Assembly: GCA_963820435.1 (NCBI GenBank)
Contig: CAWGAC010000020.1
Span: 23,523 to 87,522, forward strand
Direction of reading: 5' to 3'
DNA: 64,000 nt
Source: an uncultured Spirochaetota bacterium
GTDB lineage: Bacteria; Spirochaetota; Spirochaetia; SZUA-6; Fen-1364
The notes under the pieces were generated by a model. The model worked only from the letters and a program-made list of their open reading frames with translations, was not told the DNA's origin and did no database searches. The position numbers were made by a program, and so were the translations under genes. Shown in pieces: positions 10,412 to 20,423 of this stretch; position 1 is the stretch's first letter, and each line of letters begins with the position of its first letter.

Positions 10412-12242
10412 CCACCGCGCGCACGATCACGGGAAGATGGAAACGGACCAGAGTGAACACTCCCGGTTCGCTCTCCACGGACAGTCCGAAAGGATCGCCA
10501 AAATTGAGCCGAATGCGTTGCCTGACATTTGCCAGGCCGATCCGGTGGAGGCTTCCAACGTCTCCGTGCGGATCATGTGGGCTCTCGAAAAGAGATGCAA
10601 TCCGTTCCCCGTCCATGCCCACGCCGTTGTCGCGTACTTCCAGCACGAGGCGCCTTCCGGGAAGGGCAACGAGCTCCGGCTCTGACAACGGCGCGCTGCC
10701 CAGATCGGGCGCGTCTTCAAACCGGGCCTGCAGGACCAGCGCGCCCCTGCGCCCGCAGCCTGAGATACCGTGAAGAATCCCGTTCTCGACGATCGGCTGG
10801 AGGATCATTTTGAGCACGAGGCAATCCTGGGTCCCCTCGGAAATTCGGTAGTCGACGTCGAAGTTCTCGCCAAAACGCACCTTCATGATCCCGACATAGC
10901 TGTGCATGTTCGCAATTTCGTGCGCAAGGTCGGTAAAGGGTCCTGCCCCGGCATAGCTGTCCGCCAGGATGCGCATCAGCGCCTGGGTCATGTCTCCGAT
11001 GGCGTCCACCTTCGCCGCCCGGGCCATGAGCCGAATTGAGTTCAGCGTGTTGGAAACAAAATGCGGATTGATCTGGAACCGAAGCGCCTCGAGCTCCGCC
11101 TTCAAGCGCTGACGGTCCCGGACCTCCTTTTCCAGCGTCAGGGTGCGTATTTCCTCCATCATCCGGTTGAAGCTCTCAGTAAGGAGGGCGATCTCCTCGA
11201 TCCCTGTCGTGGGAACACGCACCGCGTAATCTCCGCGTCCTGCATGGCGCATGCTGTGGGCGACCGCGCGGATCGGATTGGCGATCCTGGACGTGAAGAT
11301 ACCCGCGTAGAGGAAAAACAGAACGCAGAGCAGGGCGAGCGCGGGGTAGACGTACCACTGGTAGGAGGTGATCCGCCCGGTGATCGAGGACTGATCAGCG
11401 AGCAGCACGATGGTCCAGCCGGTGGACTCCATGCGGAGCGAGCTGGCCAGCCACGATCTGCCCTCCAGCGTCACGGAATGGAATGTGGCGGCGTCCCCCT
11501 CTGGGTCGGTACGAGCCGGCACCAGGGCAGCCAGGTGCTCCTCCGTCACGGAGGCCGGCAGGCTGGTCAGGAGCACACGGCCGTCCCGGGAATAGATCAC
11601 AACGTTGCTCGCGGTCTCGGCCTGGGGCCGGGACATGAGCGTGTCAAAATAGGGGACCCGGAACATCACCAGGATGGCATCGAGGTCCGTATCATACTCC
11701 CCCGGCGACGGGCAGACCGCCACGGAAAGCATGAACTTCTCCCCGATATTCCCTGCCACTCCGGTGAGGCTGTCCAGCAGGAATACCTTGCCCGGGTCTT
11801 TCTTGGCTTCGGCGTACACGGACCGGTCGATCCCTCCGACGGACCGTATATTCGGATAGTTGCTGTAGTAGTAGACCCCGCCGTGGCGCATGTAGAGAAC
11901 TACCGCCCCCACCCGATTGGAAAATATGAGAAAGCTGACCAGCTTGTCGTCCAGGCGCGTTGAGGCGAGGAGCCTCTCTCCGCTGCCCTCCGCGCGGGCA
12001 TACCGATCCGCCAGTGTGCGAAGCTCCTGGTCATGGTAAAGCGCAGAGGTGAGAATGGAGACCCCATCCGCTTCGCTGCGGATGCTCTGCGCCACCTGTG
12101 TGATGACCGCCTCAGTCTGTCGGGAGACAGTGGCGTACAACGCGGAGATGTACAGCCGCGAAAGTATTATCGATACCAGCAGGCCGGGGAGAAAAATGAG
12201 CATAATGAAAGCGAGGTTGAATCTGCGGCGGATCGAGACCAC
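10398..12242 (-). CDS. sensor histidine kinase (YesM-like; TM-HAMP-His_kinase-HATPase_c)
   Basis: 614 aa with 2 TM segments, a HAMP domain, the His_kinase box QINPHFVSNTLNSI and a C-terminal HATPase_c (DNGVGMD). Confidence 0.88.
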   Translation of the reverse strand: MVSIRRRFNLAFIMLIFLPGLLVSIILSRLYISALYATVSRQTEAVITQVAQSIRSEADGVSILTSALYHDQELRTLADRYARAEGSGERLLASTRLDDKLVSFLIFSNRVGAVVLYMRHGGVYYYSNYPNIRSVGGIDRSVYAEAKKDPGKVFLLDSLTGVAGNIGEKFMLSVAVCPSPGEYDTDLDAILVMFRVPYFDTLMSRPQAETASNVVIYSRDGRVLLTSLPASVTEEHLAALVPARTDPEGDAATFHSVTLEGRSWLASSLRMESTGWTIVLLADQSSITGRITSYQWYVYPALALLCVLFFLYAGIFTSRIANPIRAVAHSMRHAGRGDYAVRVPTTGIEEIALLTESFNRMMEEIRTLTLEKEVRDRQRLKAELEALRFQINPHFVSNTLNSIRLMARAAKVDAIGDMTQALMRILADSYAGAGPFTDLAHEIANMHSYVGIMKVRFGENFDVDYRISEGTQDCLVLKMILQPIVENGILHGISGCGRRGALVLQARFEDAPDLGSAPLSEPELVALPGRRLVLEVRDNGVGMDGERIASLFESPHDPHGDVGSLHRIGLANVRQRIRLNFGDPFGLSVESEPGVFTLVRFHLPVIVRAVGGDA

Positions 12243-12317
12243 GCGGGAAGTATATCACGGAAATGAAGCGCTCCGGGGAGTCGACAAATAGGGTATATTA
12301 TCCGGGGAAGGGAAAAT

Positions 12318-12683
12318 ATGAAGCGGATGCTCCCTCTGGCAGCTCTGGCCGGATGCGTAGTCTTGATAAGCTCCTGCTCGTCGTTCGCGTATCTTTATTC
12401 CGACGACTATGCTCAGGCCGGAATCCACATTGCGACAAATCCAGCCGCAGTATCCGGAATGCATCGCACCAACCAGTGGACGAGTGAGCTTGTTTTCACG
12501 TATAGCGCCGAAGACGTTGGAGTGTGGGCCGCCAATCGGTTGGCAAGACAGGGGCGACATGACGTCCTGATCCTGGTCGAGTTGATCTCTGCGTATGATC
12601 CCCCGCACGGGGACCGCATGCAGGTGGAAAACATGTGGAGGATATCGGTCTACCCGATTGTTCCGGAGGACAAGGTCAAATAA
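12318..12683 (+). CDS. hypothetical lipoprotein
   Basis: Signal peptide with lipobox (LISSCSS). 121 aa, no recognisable domain. Confidence 0.5.
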   Translation: MKRMLPLAALAGCVVLISSCSSFAYLYSDDYAQAGIHIATNPAAVSGMHRTNQWTSELVFTYSAEDVGVWAANRLARQGRHDVLILVELISAYDPPHGDRMQVENMWRISVYPIVPEDKVK

Positions 12684-12994
12684 CAAGGCGGTACTTCGCG
12701 TTGTGCGGCAGCCCCTCAACTCGACCGAGAGGAGCGCCTCTCCCCAGTGACTGACTCGGTAGACATCCAATGGCAAACACTGACAGGTCACTTGCAATCA
12801 CCGGCAAAGCGTTTTGCTACGGCTTTGTTACGGACTTCTTTTTCGGGAGTCGAATCGTCACGCGGCCATACACCCCAGTCTTTTTTTTGGAGTTCCTTGA
12901 GTTCACGTTTCAGTTTGCTTGGTTCTTTGTCCGCCGCCCTGGAAATCTCCCTTGGATCTCTTGACGACTCTTAGGAACGTGATATCACTGAATC

Positions 12995-13192
12995 ATGGCA
13001 AAGCGCATCGGCGAGATCCTGGTACTCATGGGGACGATGAAACCCGAGCAAGTAGAGTCGGTTCTTGCGGCGCAACGGGCAGGGGACAAACGCCTGTTTG
13101 GTGCGATTGCGCTCTCCCTCGGTTTCGTCGAAGACAATGCTCTACGACGATATGCTGACTACGTGGACGAGCACGGGGACGGCGCGATATAG
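12995..13192 (+). CDS. stand-alone MshEN / T2SSE_N-like domain protein (candidate c-di-GMP receptor)
   Basis: 65 aa. RIGEILVLMGTMKPEQVESVLAAQ fits the 24-residue MshEN motif RLGxxLLxxGLLxxxxLxxxLxxQ. A second half-motif KRLFGAIALSLGFVEDNAL follows. Confidence 0.55.
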   Translation: MAKRIGEILVLMGTMKPEQVESVLAAQRAGDKRLFGAIALSLGFVEDNALRRYADYVDEHGDGAI

Positions 13193-13605
13193 CGTCACGG
13201 CCCCCCATGGGGGAGGTTTCCGCCCCCCCCCGATTGCCACAAAATGCCAAAATCGCGCCACGGGGCGGGAATCGCGTTTGGGGGCAAATCGGTCGGGGAC
13301 GAAAAAGGAGTCGTCGGAGGTCCAGCGCGTAAAGCTCTGGGGAGTTCGCGATTCCGACAAATTGAAGGGGCACGGTCGCGGTCCCTGTGAGGCGCCTCCT
13401 GCATGGCTCGATTCCCAGGAGCCGGACGGCCCGTGAAAGAACCTACCTGTTATCGTCACCCGGCGCCGCCAGGCGTCTCTTTAGCCCCTACCGGGATACG
13501 GCAACCTGCGAATCGTTACACGAAGGCCCCCGAGAGTTCGGGCTTTTTTCTACCTTTGGCGAGCTGGGCTGGTGCCCGAATCATGGGTTATGGTAAGATA
13601 GGCGA

Positions 13606-13899
13606 ATGGAAAACGAAGGGCCAAAACGAGTTTCGGCCATTAAACCAGACAGAGAAATTCTCGGCTATCCCTATGGATTCAATTGCTATGGCGGCAGCTC
13701 GGGGAAACGTGAAAGGGACGTTAAGGATGCAATCGACAGGTGCCGCATAGACCCCAACAGCATCTTTCAAACATCTGTACTCGATGGGTTCCCAGGAGCT
13801 GCTGAGAACTTCCTGAGTGTGAGAGGCCGGCGTGAAGGAGACTTGAAAGAGGTTCGAGCGATGCTTCTTTCCGGAGACTTTGGATACAGCGAAGCTTAG
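13606..13899 (+). other. unassigned 97-aa ORF in a locally low-GC (~50%) region; coding status uncertain
   Basis: ORF with no recognisable domain. It is overlapped by a 110-aa antisense ORF. GC is lower than the flanks. Confidence 0.2.
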
Positions 13900-14065
13900 G
13901 TCCCAGCCTCCGCAGAGCATGATACCGTGAGGCCGGCTAACTCGACGAGGACCGGCCCGGGCGCGTTCTCAGCTGTTTCCCTAATTCACTCGTTTTTGTT
14001 GTCCGTTGCCAGATTCCGGAGCCCTTTGGGACGCCTTGCTCAACTCAAGGTGCGTGATAATCAAG

Positions 14066-14088
14066 AAGGCGGCACTTCTGCCGCCTTT
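14066..14088. terminator. bidirectional intrinsic terminator (GC hairpin GGCGGCA-CTTC-TGCCGCC flanked by T-runs on both strands)
   Basis: Perfect 7-bp GC stem with a 4-nt loop. TTTTAT follows on the + strand and a U-rich stretch follows on the - strand, immediately after the tRNA-Glu 3' end. Confidence 0.6.
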
Positions 14089-14160
<72 letters not shown>

Positions 14161-14617
14161 ACACCCAGGTTGCGGGCTCACGTATAGCCTCCGAGGCTGT
14201 TTTTGTCAAGGGTTTCGAGGCGCCGGACAGAGGTGCCGGAGGGTGGTGACGCGCAGGGGCGTCCTGGTGTAGGATGCATGACACAACATTGGAGGAGGCC
14301 GTATGGCGAAGGTCAGCTGGAACCGGACATGGAGCATCAAGATGAGAAAGAAAAGCCGGGGAAAAAAGGCAAGAACAGGAACCGGAAGAAGAAATAGGTC
14401 AGTGTCCCCGTCTTCCCGGCAGACGTTGCACTCCAGCGACGACTCGACAATGCGGACCCGCTCAACGCCTGGAGATTCAATCTGAACTATTTCCCCATAG
14501 AAATACCTGCACCTCCAAAAACATGAAGACCGCTTGTAGACCCCTAAGGTATTCGTCGCCCCGAATGGCATTCGCTCACCCAAAGCTTGCATAGGAAAGA
14601 GTTGACCAGATGGGTGT

Positions 14618-15118
14618 CTACAGCTGTGCCTGGCAAGCCGGACAGGTTTCCGTGCCTGCATTCGGCTGATAGGGGACGACCCCGCCGCGGCTGAAACGTC
14701 CAATTACGCCCTGCCCTTCGGTTGAGGTGAGCCACCGCAGGACCCGCAGCGCAGCGTCGAATCGGGGCATGCGACCAGCGCCGGGGTTCAAGGCGATGAT
14801 GCTGAACTGCTCCTGCGGGCCCGCCGCCATCACACGCAGCATCATAGCTCCGACCCCCTCGCGCACGAGATTTTCCGCCTCGGAAGAATCGACGAAGATA
14901 GCGTCGACTTCTCGCGCGCGGGCGAGCTGGATGACCTGGGCGTTCCCCGCCACTTTCCACTCCACAGAAAGGCCGGTGCGGGTCTTCAGAAGGGGTTCAA
15001 CGTAGGACAGGAAACCGGATGCCTGGAGAGAGCTTGAAGCGCCAACGACAACGAGGTCTTCAGCGGGAGCGTTGAAAGCCGCGCAGAGGATTACCAGGCC
15101 AGCAAGCAGTGCTTTCAT
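14618..15118 (-). CDS. small periplasmic substrate-binding-domain protein (PBP-like, 166 aa, with signal peptide)
   Basis: Signal peptide MKALLAGLVILCAAFNAPA. Half-size PBP-like fold, last gene of the ABC operon. C-terminal CPAC motif. Confidence 0.45.
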   Translation of the reverse strand: MKALLAGLVILCAAFNAPAEDLVVVGASSSLQASGFLSYVEPLLKTRTGLSVEWKVAGNAQVIQLARAREVDAIFVDSSEAENLVREGVGAMMLRVMAAGPQEQFSIIALNPGAGRMPRFDAALRVLRWLTSTEGQGVIGRFSRGGVVPYQPNAGTETCPACQAQL

Positions 15119-15122
15119 TGTG

Positions 15123-16106
15123 TCAGATCCTCCTTCGAGCGATCAGGATCTGGTTCAGCAGGACGGCGCCAACAAGGATCACACCGAGGATGCCCAGCTG
15201 CCAGATCGGCTGGATGCCGGAGATGTCCATGCCGTTGTACAGCATCGTGATGATGACGAGCGCCAGGACAACGCCGCCGATCGTGCCCTCCCCGCCCTTG
15301 ATGCTCACGCCGCCCAACACGGCGATGGTGATCGCCTCCAGCAGGTAGCTCGATCCGATGTCGGGTCGCGCGCTTGCGACCCGGGAGGTGATGATCCAGC
15401 CGGCCAGGGCGCAGAGGAATCCCGAGAGGGTATAGACGGATATCCTCACGCGACGCACGCTGATACCCGAGAATCTGGCCGCCGTCTCGTTGCTCCCCAC
15501 TCCGTAGAGTCTCCGGCCGAAGGCCGTCCTGTTCAGGAGGAACAGGAGGACGAGCACGATCGGAATGAGAACGCACAGGACCTGGAAGGGGATCTCGAAA
15601 ATCCTGAACTGGCCCAGGAAGTAGAACGAGTCGCTGAAGTTTGACACCGGCATCGGGTTGGCGCCGAATCGGGGATCCACGGCGATCAAAAGGGCCAGCG
15701 AGCTGTACCCATACATGGTGGCAAGGGTCACGATGAGAGGCGGGATCATGGTGTAGCTGATAAGGACGCCGTTGAGGTAGCCCATGAAGGTTCCCGCGGC
15801 AAGCCCGAGGGGCACGGCAAGCGCCATGCTCATGCCGGCCCTGCCGATGAGCACGCCAATGACCATCGCGGCCAGGGACATGATGGAGCCAACGGAGAGG
15901 TCGATCCCGCCGCCCCCGGAGAGGATCACGAAAGTTTCCGCGAGGGCAAGGAGCCCCAGCTCCACCGCGTACTGTGTCATGTTCGTGAGGTTGTAGAGGG
16001 TGAAGAAATCCTTCACGAACACGGCCAGGAGCAGGAAGAAAAAGACGAACAGCACGGCGAGAAAGATCATCCTGTTGCCGATGATCCTGTCAAGGGTTCC
16101 TTTCAT
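15123..16106 (-). CDS. sugar ABC transporter permease (CUT2, RbsC/LsrD-like)
   Basis: 327 aa, intact. Multi-TM protein of the BPD_transp_2 family. Confidence 0.85.
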   Translation of the reverse strand: MKGTLDRIIGNRMIFLAVLFVFFFLLLAVFVKDFFTLYNLTNMTQYAVELGLLALAETFVILSGGGGIDLSVGSIMSLAAMVIGVLIGRAGMSMALAVPLGLAAGTFMGYLNGVLISYTMIPPLIVTLATMYGYSSLALLIAVDPRFGANPMPVSNFSDSFYFLGQFRIFEIPFQVLCVLIPIVLVLLFLLNRTAFGRRLYGVGSNETAARFSGISVRRVRISVYTLSGFLCALAGWIITSRVASARPDIGSSYLLEAITIAVLGGVSIKGGEGTIGGVVLALVIITMLYNGMDISGIQPIWQLGILGVILVGAVLLNQILIARRRI

Positions 16107-17053
16107 GGCCTTGCTCCCCTCGCGCGAACGATGTCGATGAGAACGGCGACGATGATGAGCCCGCCCGTGACCAGTCCTTCGCTGAGGGCGGGGATGTTGA
16201 GGAGCACCATCCCATTCTGAATCAAACCCAGGAGCGCCGCGCCCAGGAGGCTCCCGACCAGTGTCCCTTTACCGCCGAGAATGCTCGTACCGCCGAGGAC
16301 AACGGCGGCAATGACCTCCAGCTCGAAGCCCGTTCCCGAGTTGGTCTGCACGATTCCGGTGCGGGCAACGTAAATGAGGCCGGAGATTCCCGCCAACGCC
16401 CCGGTGAGGGAATAGACGAAGAGGTTGGTCCGGTTCAGGTTGACTCCCGAGACCCGCGCCGCATCGGCGTTGTTGCCCATGGCGTACACGGCGCGCCCCT
16501 GCGAGCGCGTGGCGAGGAAAACCGAAAAGAAGGCGATGAGCACGAGGGCGATCCAGAAGGGAATGGGAAGCGAGAGGAACCTGCCCAGGCCCAGCGGCGT
16601 GATGGTCCGCGGGACACCCGACACCCAGCGCCCCCCCAGCACGCCGAAAAGGAGCGCGCGGATGATGTTCATCGTGCCCAGCGTGACGATGATGGGGGGG
16701 ATGTTGCCGTAGGAGATGATGACGCCGTTGAGCATGCCCACGGCGAACCCTGCGGCAAGAGCCGCGACGACGATCACGGGCGCTGACGCATGCGCCATGA
16801 GGAGCTTGCCGGCAACGACCGAAGCGATGCCGAGAGCCGATCCGACCGATACGTCGATGCCGCCCGTCACGATCACCAGTGTCATCCCTATGGACACGAT
16901 CGCGATCCCGGAGAGCCCGAGGAGCGTGTTGGAAATGTTACTCGTCGAGAGGAAGTTCTTGGTCGTCAGGGACAGGACGACGGCCAGCACGATGATGACC
17001 CCGAGAATCGTCACCTCACGCATCTGCAGGACGCGCCTGACTGTTGTCTTCAT
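16103..17053 (-). CDS. sugar ABC transporter permease (CUT2, RbsC/LsrC-like)
   Basis: 316 aa, intact. BPD_transp_2 family. 4-bp overlap with its neighbours. Confidence 0.85.
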   Translation of the reverse strand: MKTTVRRVLQMREVTILGVIIVLAVVLSLTTKNFLSTSNISNTLLGLSGIAIVSIGMTLVIVTGGIDVSVGSALGIASVVAGKLLMAHASAPVIVVAALAAGFAVGMLNGVIISYGNIPPIIVTLGTMNIIRALLFGVLGGRWVSGVPRTITPLGLGRFLSLPIPFWIALVLIAFFSVFLATRSQGRAVYAMGNNADAARVSGVNLNRTNLFVYSLTGALAGISGLIYVARTGIVQTNSGTGFELEVIAAVVLGGTSILGGKGTLVGSLLGAALLGLIQNGMVLLNIPALSEGLVTGGLIIVAVLIDIVRARGARP

Positions 17054-18579
17054 GGCGCGCCCTCCCGGCCCGCTTCTTCCGAGAGCATGCGCTCTCCGAT
17101 TGCCGCGCGCAGGAGGTTTTCAGACGTGATATCCCCGGATTCGAACTCTCCGGTGATGGCGCCTTCGTGCATGACGATCACCCTGTCGCACAGCTTGAGA
17201 ATCTCGGGCAGCTCGGAGGAAATGATGAGAACCGCCATTCCCCGCTCGGCAAGACGCGCGATCATGTGGTGGATCTCGCTCTTGGCGCTCACGTCGATGC
17301 CGCGCGTCGGCTCGTCCAGGATGAAGATCCTCGGGTTGACGCCCAGCCATTTGGCCACGACGACCTTCTGCTGGTTGCCTCCGCTCAGACTGTAAATCTT
17401 CGAGTCCAGGCTCGGCGTCTTGATCGAGAGGTCCCGGACATATGCCTCTCCGATCTCACGCTCCTTGGCACGGTCGACGCCCCCGAAGGCCGCCGCGATG
17501 TCGCGGAGCCTGGTAATGGTGATGTTGTAGGCCGTGCTGAGGATGGGAAAAAGCCCCTGGACTTTCCTGTCCTCAGGAAGGTAGGCGATGCCGTGGCGCA
17601 TGGCTTCTTCAGCCGAGGAGAAGCTCACCTGCCGGCCGTCCAGAAGGATTTGTCCGCTGTCGGGCCGGAGCACACCAAAGATGCACTGCGCAACTTCGCT
17701 CCTGCCCGATCCCACGAGGCCGGAGAATCCCAGGATCTCTCCCTGGTAGACGTCGAAGGAGATGCGGGAGAACCACCCGGCGAGAGAAAGAGAGTTCACG
17801 GAAAGAATGGGCGTATCGGATTTCTTTCCGGCGTGCGCGACCTCCTCGACGAGGAGCTTCCCCGCCATCAGGCCGATGATCCGCTTGGCATCGACCTCCC
17901 GCGTGGGGAACTCTCCCACTACCTCACCGTCGCGCATGATAGTCACCCGGTCTGTCTGGGCAAAGATCTCCTCCAGCCGGTGGCTGATGTAGACCACGCC
18001 GACCTGGCGCTCCTTGAGCTTGGCAATAATGGAAAACAAACGTTGGGTTTCGTGCTCGGTCAGGATGGCGGTAGGCTCGTCGAATATGATGACCCGGGCA
18101 TCGTACGCAAGCGCCTTGGCGATCAGCACCTGCTGTTGCAGGCCCACGCTCAGGGCGCCCATCCTCTCCGACATGAGCTGCGTGGAGATCCCCAGTGATT
18201 CGAAGAGCTCCCGCGCTTTTCGGTTTTCTGCGGCCCAGTCGATTCCCCCGAGCCGATTCTTCAACTCCCGGCCGAGGAAGATGTTCTCCAGCACGCCCAG
18301 CTCGGGATAGACCATGGGCTCCTGGTAGACGGCGGAAATACCGATCTCCTGGGCCTTGCGGGGCGAATCGATGGCGACCTTCCTGCCCTTGTAGTGGATC
18401 TCCCCTTCGTCAGGGGTAAGGACGCCCGAGATCATCTTTATCAGCGTGGATTTGCCTGCGCCGTTCTCGCCGACCAGCGCATGCACTTCGGAGGCGTCCA
18501 CGGTGAAATTGACGTTCCTGACCGCGGCGACTCCACCGAAGTTTTTCGAGACACCTCGGCACTCAAGTATGGTATCCAT
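17050..18579 (-). CDS. sugar ABC transporter ATP-binding protein, duplicated ABC domains (RbsA/MglA/LsrA-like)
   Basis: 509 aa. Two Walker A motifs (GENGAGKST; GLVGSGRSE) and two ABC signatures (LSVGLQQQV; LSGGNQQKV). Confidence 0.92.
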   Translation of the reverse strand: MDTILECRGVSKNFGGVAAVRNVNFTVDASEVHALVGENGAGKSTLIKMISGVLTPDEGEIHYKGRKVAIDSPRKAQEIGISAVYQEPMVYPELGVLENIFLGRELKNRLGGIDWAAENRKARELFESLGISTQLMSERMGALSVGLQQQVLIAKALAYDARVIIFDEPTAILTEHETQRLFSIIAKLKERQVGVVYISHRLEEIFAQTDRVTIMRDGEVVGEFPTREVDAKRIIGLMAGKLLVEEVAHAGKKSDTPILSVNSLSLAGWFSRISFDVYQGEILGFSGLVGSGRSEVAQCIFGVLRPDSGQILLDGRQVSFSSAEEAMRHGIAYLPEDRKVQGLFPILSTAYNITITRLRDIAAAFGGVDRAKEREIGEAYVRDLSIKTPSLDSKIYSLSGGNQQKVVVAKWLGVNPRIFILDEPTRGIDVSAKSEIHHMIARLAERGMAVLIISSELPEILKLCDRVIVMHEGAITGEFESGDITSENLLRAAIGERMLSEEAGREGAP

Positions 18580-18672
18580 GGCTCCGCCCGCCCTTTCGCC
18601 AGACCGAGGCGCACGTGAGACGGGACGGGAGGCGCCACGCGTCGTGACGCCTCCCCCTTCGGGATTCAGGAT

Positions 18673-19662
18673 CTAGAAGCTGAAATTGTCGACGTTCGAC
18701 TCGTCGAAGACCTTCGGCGGTCCGAGGACGAGCATCTTGTCCTTTGCAACGAATGACGGCTTGGTCTCGATGCCCTTCACCGTGTACGTCCTGCCATTGA
18801 CGAACTTATTCTTGTCCAGCAGGTACTTCGCTGCCCATACGGTCAGGTAACCGAGGTCGACGGGATTCCATAGCACGAAGCTCTTCACGGTCCCGTCCTT
18901 TATGTACTTCGACATCATGGAGGGAACCGAGATTCCCGTCGCGAAGATCTGACCGGACTTGCCCGCCTGGGACACCGCCTCCGCGACGCCGGGAGCCGAA
19001 GTGCTGCACTCTCCGATCACGCCCTTCAGGTTGGGGAACGCGTTGATGAGGTCCTGCATCACGTTGATGGCCTGCTGCACATCCTCTTCAGCATAGCGGA
19101 TCGTGACGAGCTTCATCTTGGGGTACTTGGCAAGCTGCTGTTGCTCGTACAGGATCCACGTGTTCAGGTTCCATGCGGTGGGGCCGCAGGAGACGATGGC
19201 AAACTCGCCTTCCTCACCCATGGCCTTTGCCATCTCGTCCATGGTGGTGAACCCGATCTGGTCCTGGAGAGCCTGGTTGACGAACACCTCCCGCACGTCC
19301 TGCGCGCCGTCGGTGTCGCTTGTCAGGACGACGATGCCCCTGGCTTTCGCCTTCTTCAGGACGGGCGCGATAGCCGCCGGGTCGTTCGGAGCCACGGCAA
19401 TGGCGTTGACGCCGCGGGTGATCAGGTTGTCGACGATCTCCGCCTGCTTTGCAACGTCAGCCGTGGTTGGACCGGTGTAGATGAACTCGACCCCCAGGTC
19501 CTTGGCAGCCTTGTCCCCTCCGTCCTGCATCGCATTGAAGTATGGAATTCCGATCAGCTTTGGCACGAATGCGATCTTCCACTTTTTCTGTGCCATGGCC
19601 GATGGAGCAGCGAGCGTGAAGACCAGTACGAGGGCGACCGGAAAGAAAAGAAATTTCTTCAT
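18673..19662 (-). CDS. periplasmic sugar-binding protein (Peripla_BP_4, RbsB/LsrB-like)
   Basis: 329 aa. Signal peptide MKKFLFFPVALVLVFTLAAPSAMA. Ribose/galactose-type binding fold. Confidence 0.88.
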   Translation of the reverse strand: MKKFLFFPVALVLVFTLAAPSAMAQKKWKIAFVPKLIGIPYFNAMQDGGDKAAKDLGVEFIYTGPTTADVAKQAEIVDNLITRGVNAIAVAPNDPAAIAPVLKKAKARGIVVLTSDTDGAQDVREVFVNQALQDQIGFTTMDEMAKAMGEEGEFAIVSCGPTAWNLNTWILYEQQQLAKYPKMKLVTIRYAEEDVQQAINVMQDLINAFPNLKGVIGECSTSAPGVAEAVSQAGKSGQIFATGISVPSMMSKYIKDGTVKSFVLWNPVDLGYLTVWAAKYLLDKNKFVNGRTYTVKGIETKPSFVAKDKMLVLGPPKVFDESNVDNFSF

Positions 19663-19740
19663 TCCTCTACCTCCTGCATTACTTGAATTTGCATCGACTT
19701 AGTCGCGTTGTCAACCGTCCCCCCGCGTCAGCCAGGCCAG

Positions 19741-20160
19741 TCAACCGCTATGGGCCGGGCCGCGAGAAGGCCCGTCCCGTTCGCCTTCCTCGACCAGCTC
19801 CCCTCGCCACCGGGAGATCGCGCCGAAATCCACCACGCGGGTGAAGCCCAGGTCGTCGAGAGTCTTTTTGGCGATGGCGGAACGCCGCCCCGAGGCACAG
19901 TAGACGATCACCAGCGCAGACCGCTCCCCCGTGGCGAGCTTCCCCGCGATGATGGAGACAGGGAAGTTGACGGCGGTGGGGATATGCCCGGAGGCATACT
20001 CCTCCGGCGTCCGCACGTCAACGAGAATGTACGGTTCGGACTTCTCTGTGATCAGGCGGGACAATGCATCGGGGTCCGAAAACTGGTTTTCCATTGCACA
20101 GGCAGCGACCGCATTCGAACAGAGGGCAGCGGCGATCACGAACAACATGACTCTTTTCAT
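19741..20160 (-). CDS. secreted rhodanese-domain sulfurtransferase
   Basis: Signal peptide. Rhodanese motifs ILVDVRTPEEYASGHIPTAVN and active-site IVYCASGRRS. Confidence 0.85.
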   Translation of the reverse strand: MKRVMLFVIAAALCSNAVAACAMENQFSDPDALSRLITEKSEPYILVDVRTPEEYASGHIPTAVNFPVSIIAGKLATGERSALVIVYCASGRRSAIAKKTLDDLGFTRVVDFGAISRWRGELVEEGERDGPSRGPAHSG

Positions 20161-20423
20161 GAGCGGGCTCCTTCCCCCAGGGGCTTTTCTGCGTCTTAGC
20201 GCAAAAGCCGCGTTCTATCAATCCCTGTCCCCGGCGCACGTGGCGTTCCCGCTGCGCCGTCGTGAAAGCGACTGAGTGGATGCGGCCGGCCCGCTCCGTG
20301 AAACTTCAGAGAGGCTGCTGAGACACATGATTGAGCTGCTGCGCAGCTACAGTCTTTCGGGAGCCTCAGCGGTCCACGCGGCGCGGATGTCTTGATCCCA
20401 CATTCTAATTTCTTGTTTTCAGA

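Noticed and set aside
13380-13440. RNase P RNA P4-like motif on the minus strand (GGGCCGUCCGGCUCCUGGGAAUCGAGCC)
   Set aside because: It resembles AGGAAAGUCCGGGCUCCAUAGGGCA only loosely. The mandatory 3' P4 partner (ACAGAAxCCGGCUUA), the P10-12 motifs and the GGUAAGGGUGAAA box are not found at appropriate spacing.
13850-13890. SRP RNA domain IV-like string CCGGAAAGAAGCAUCG on the minus strand
   Set aside because: The flanking bases cannot form the required helix around a GNRA loop. The match is limited to ~12 nt and lies inside an ORF, so it is likely coincidental.
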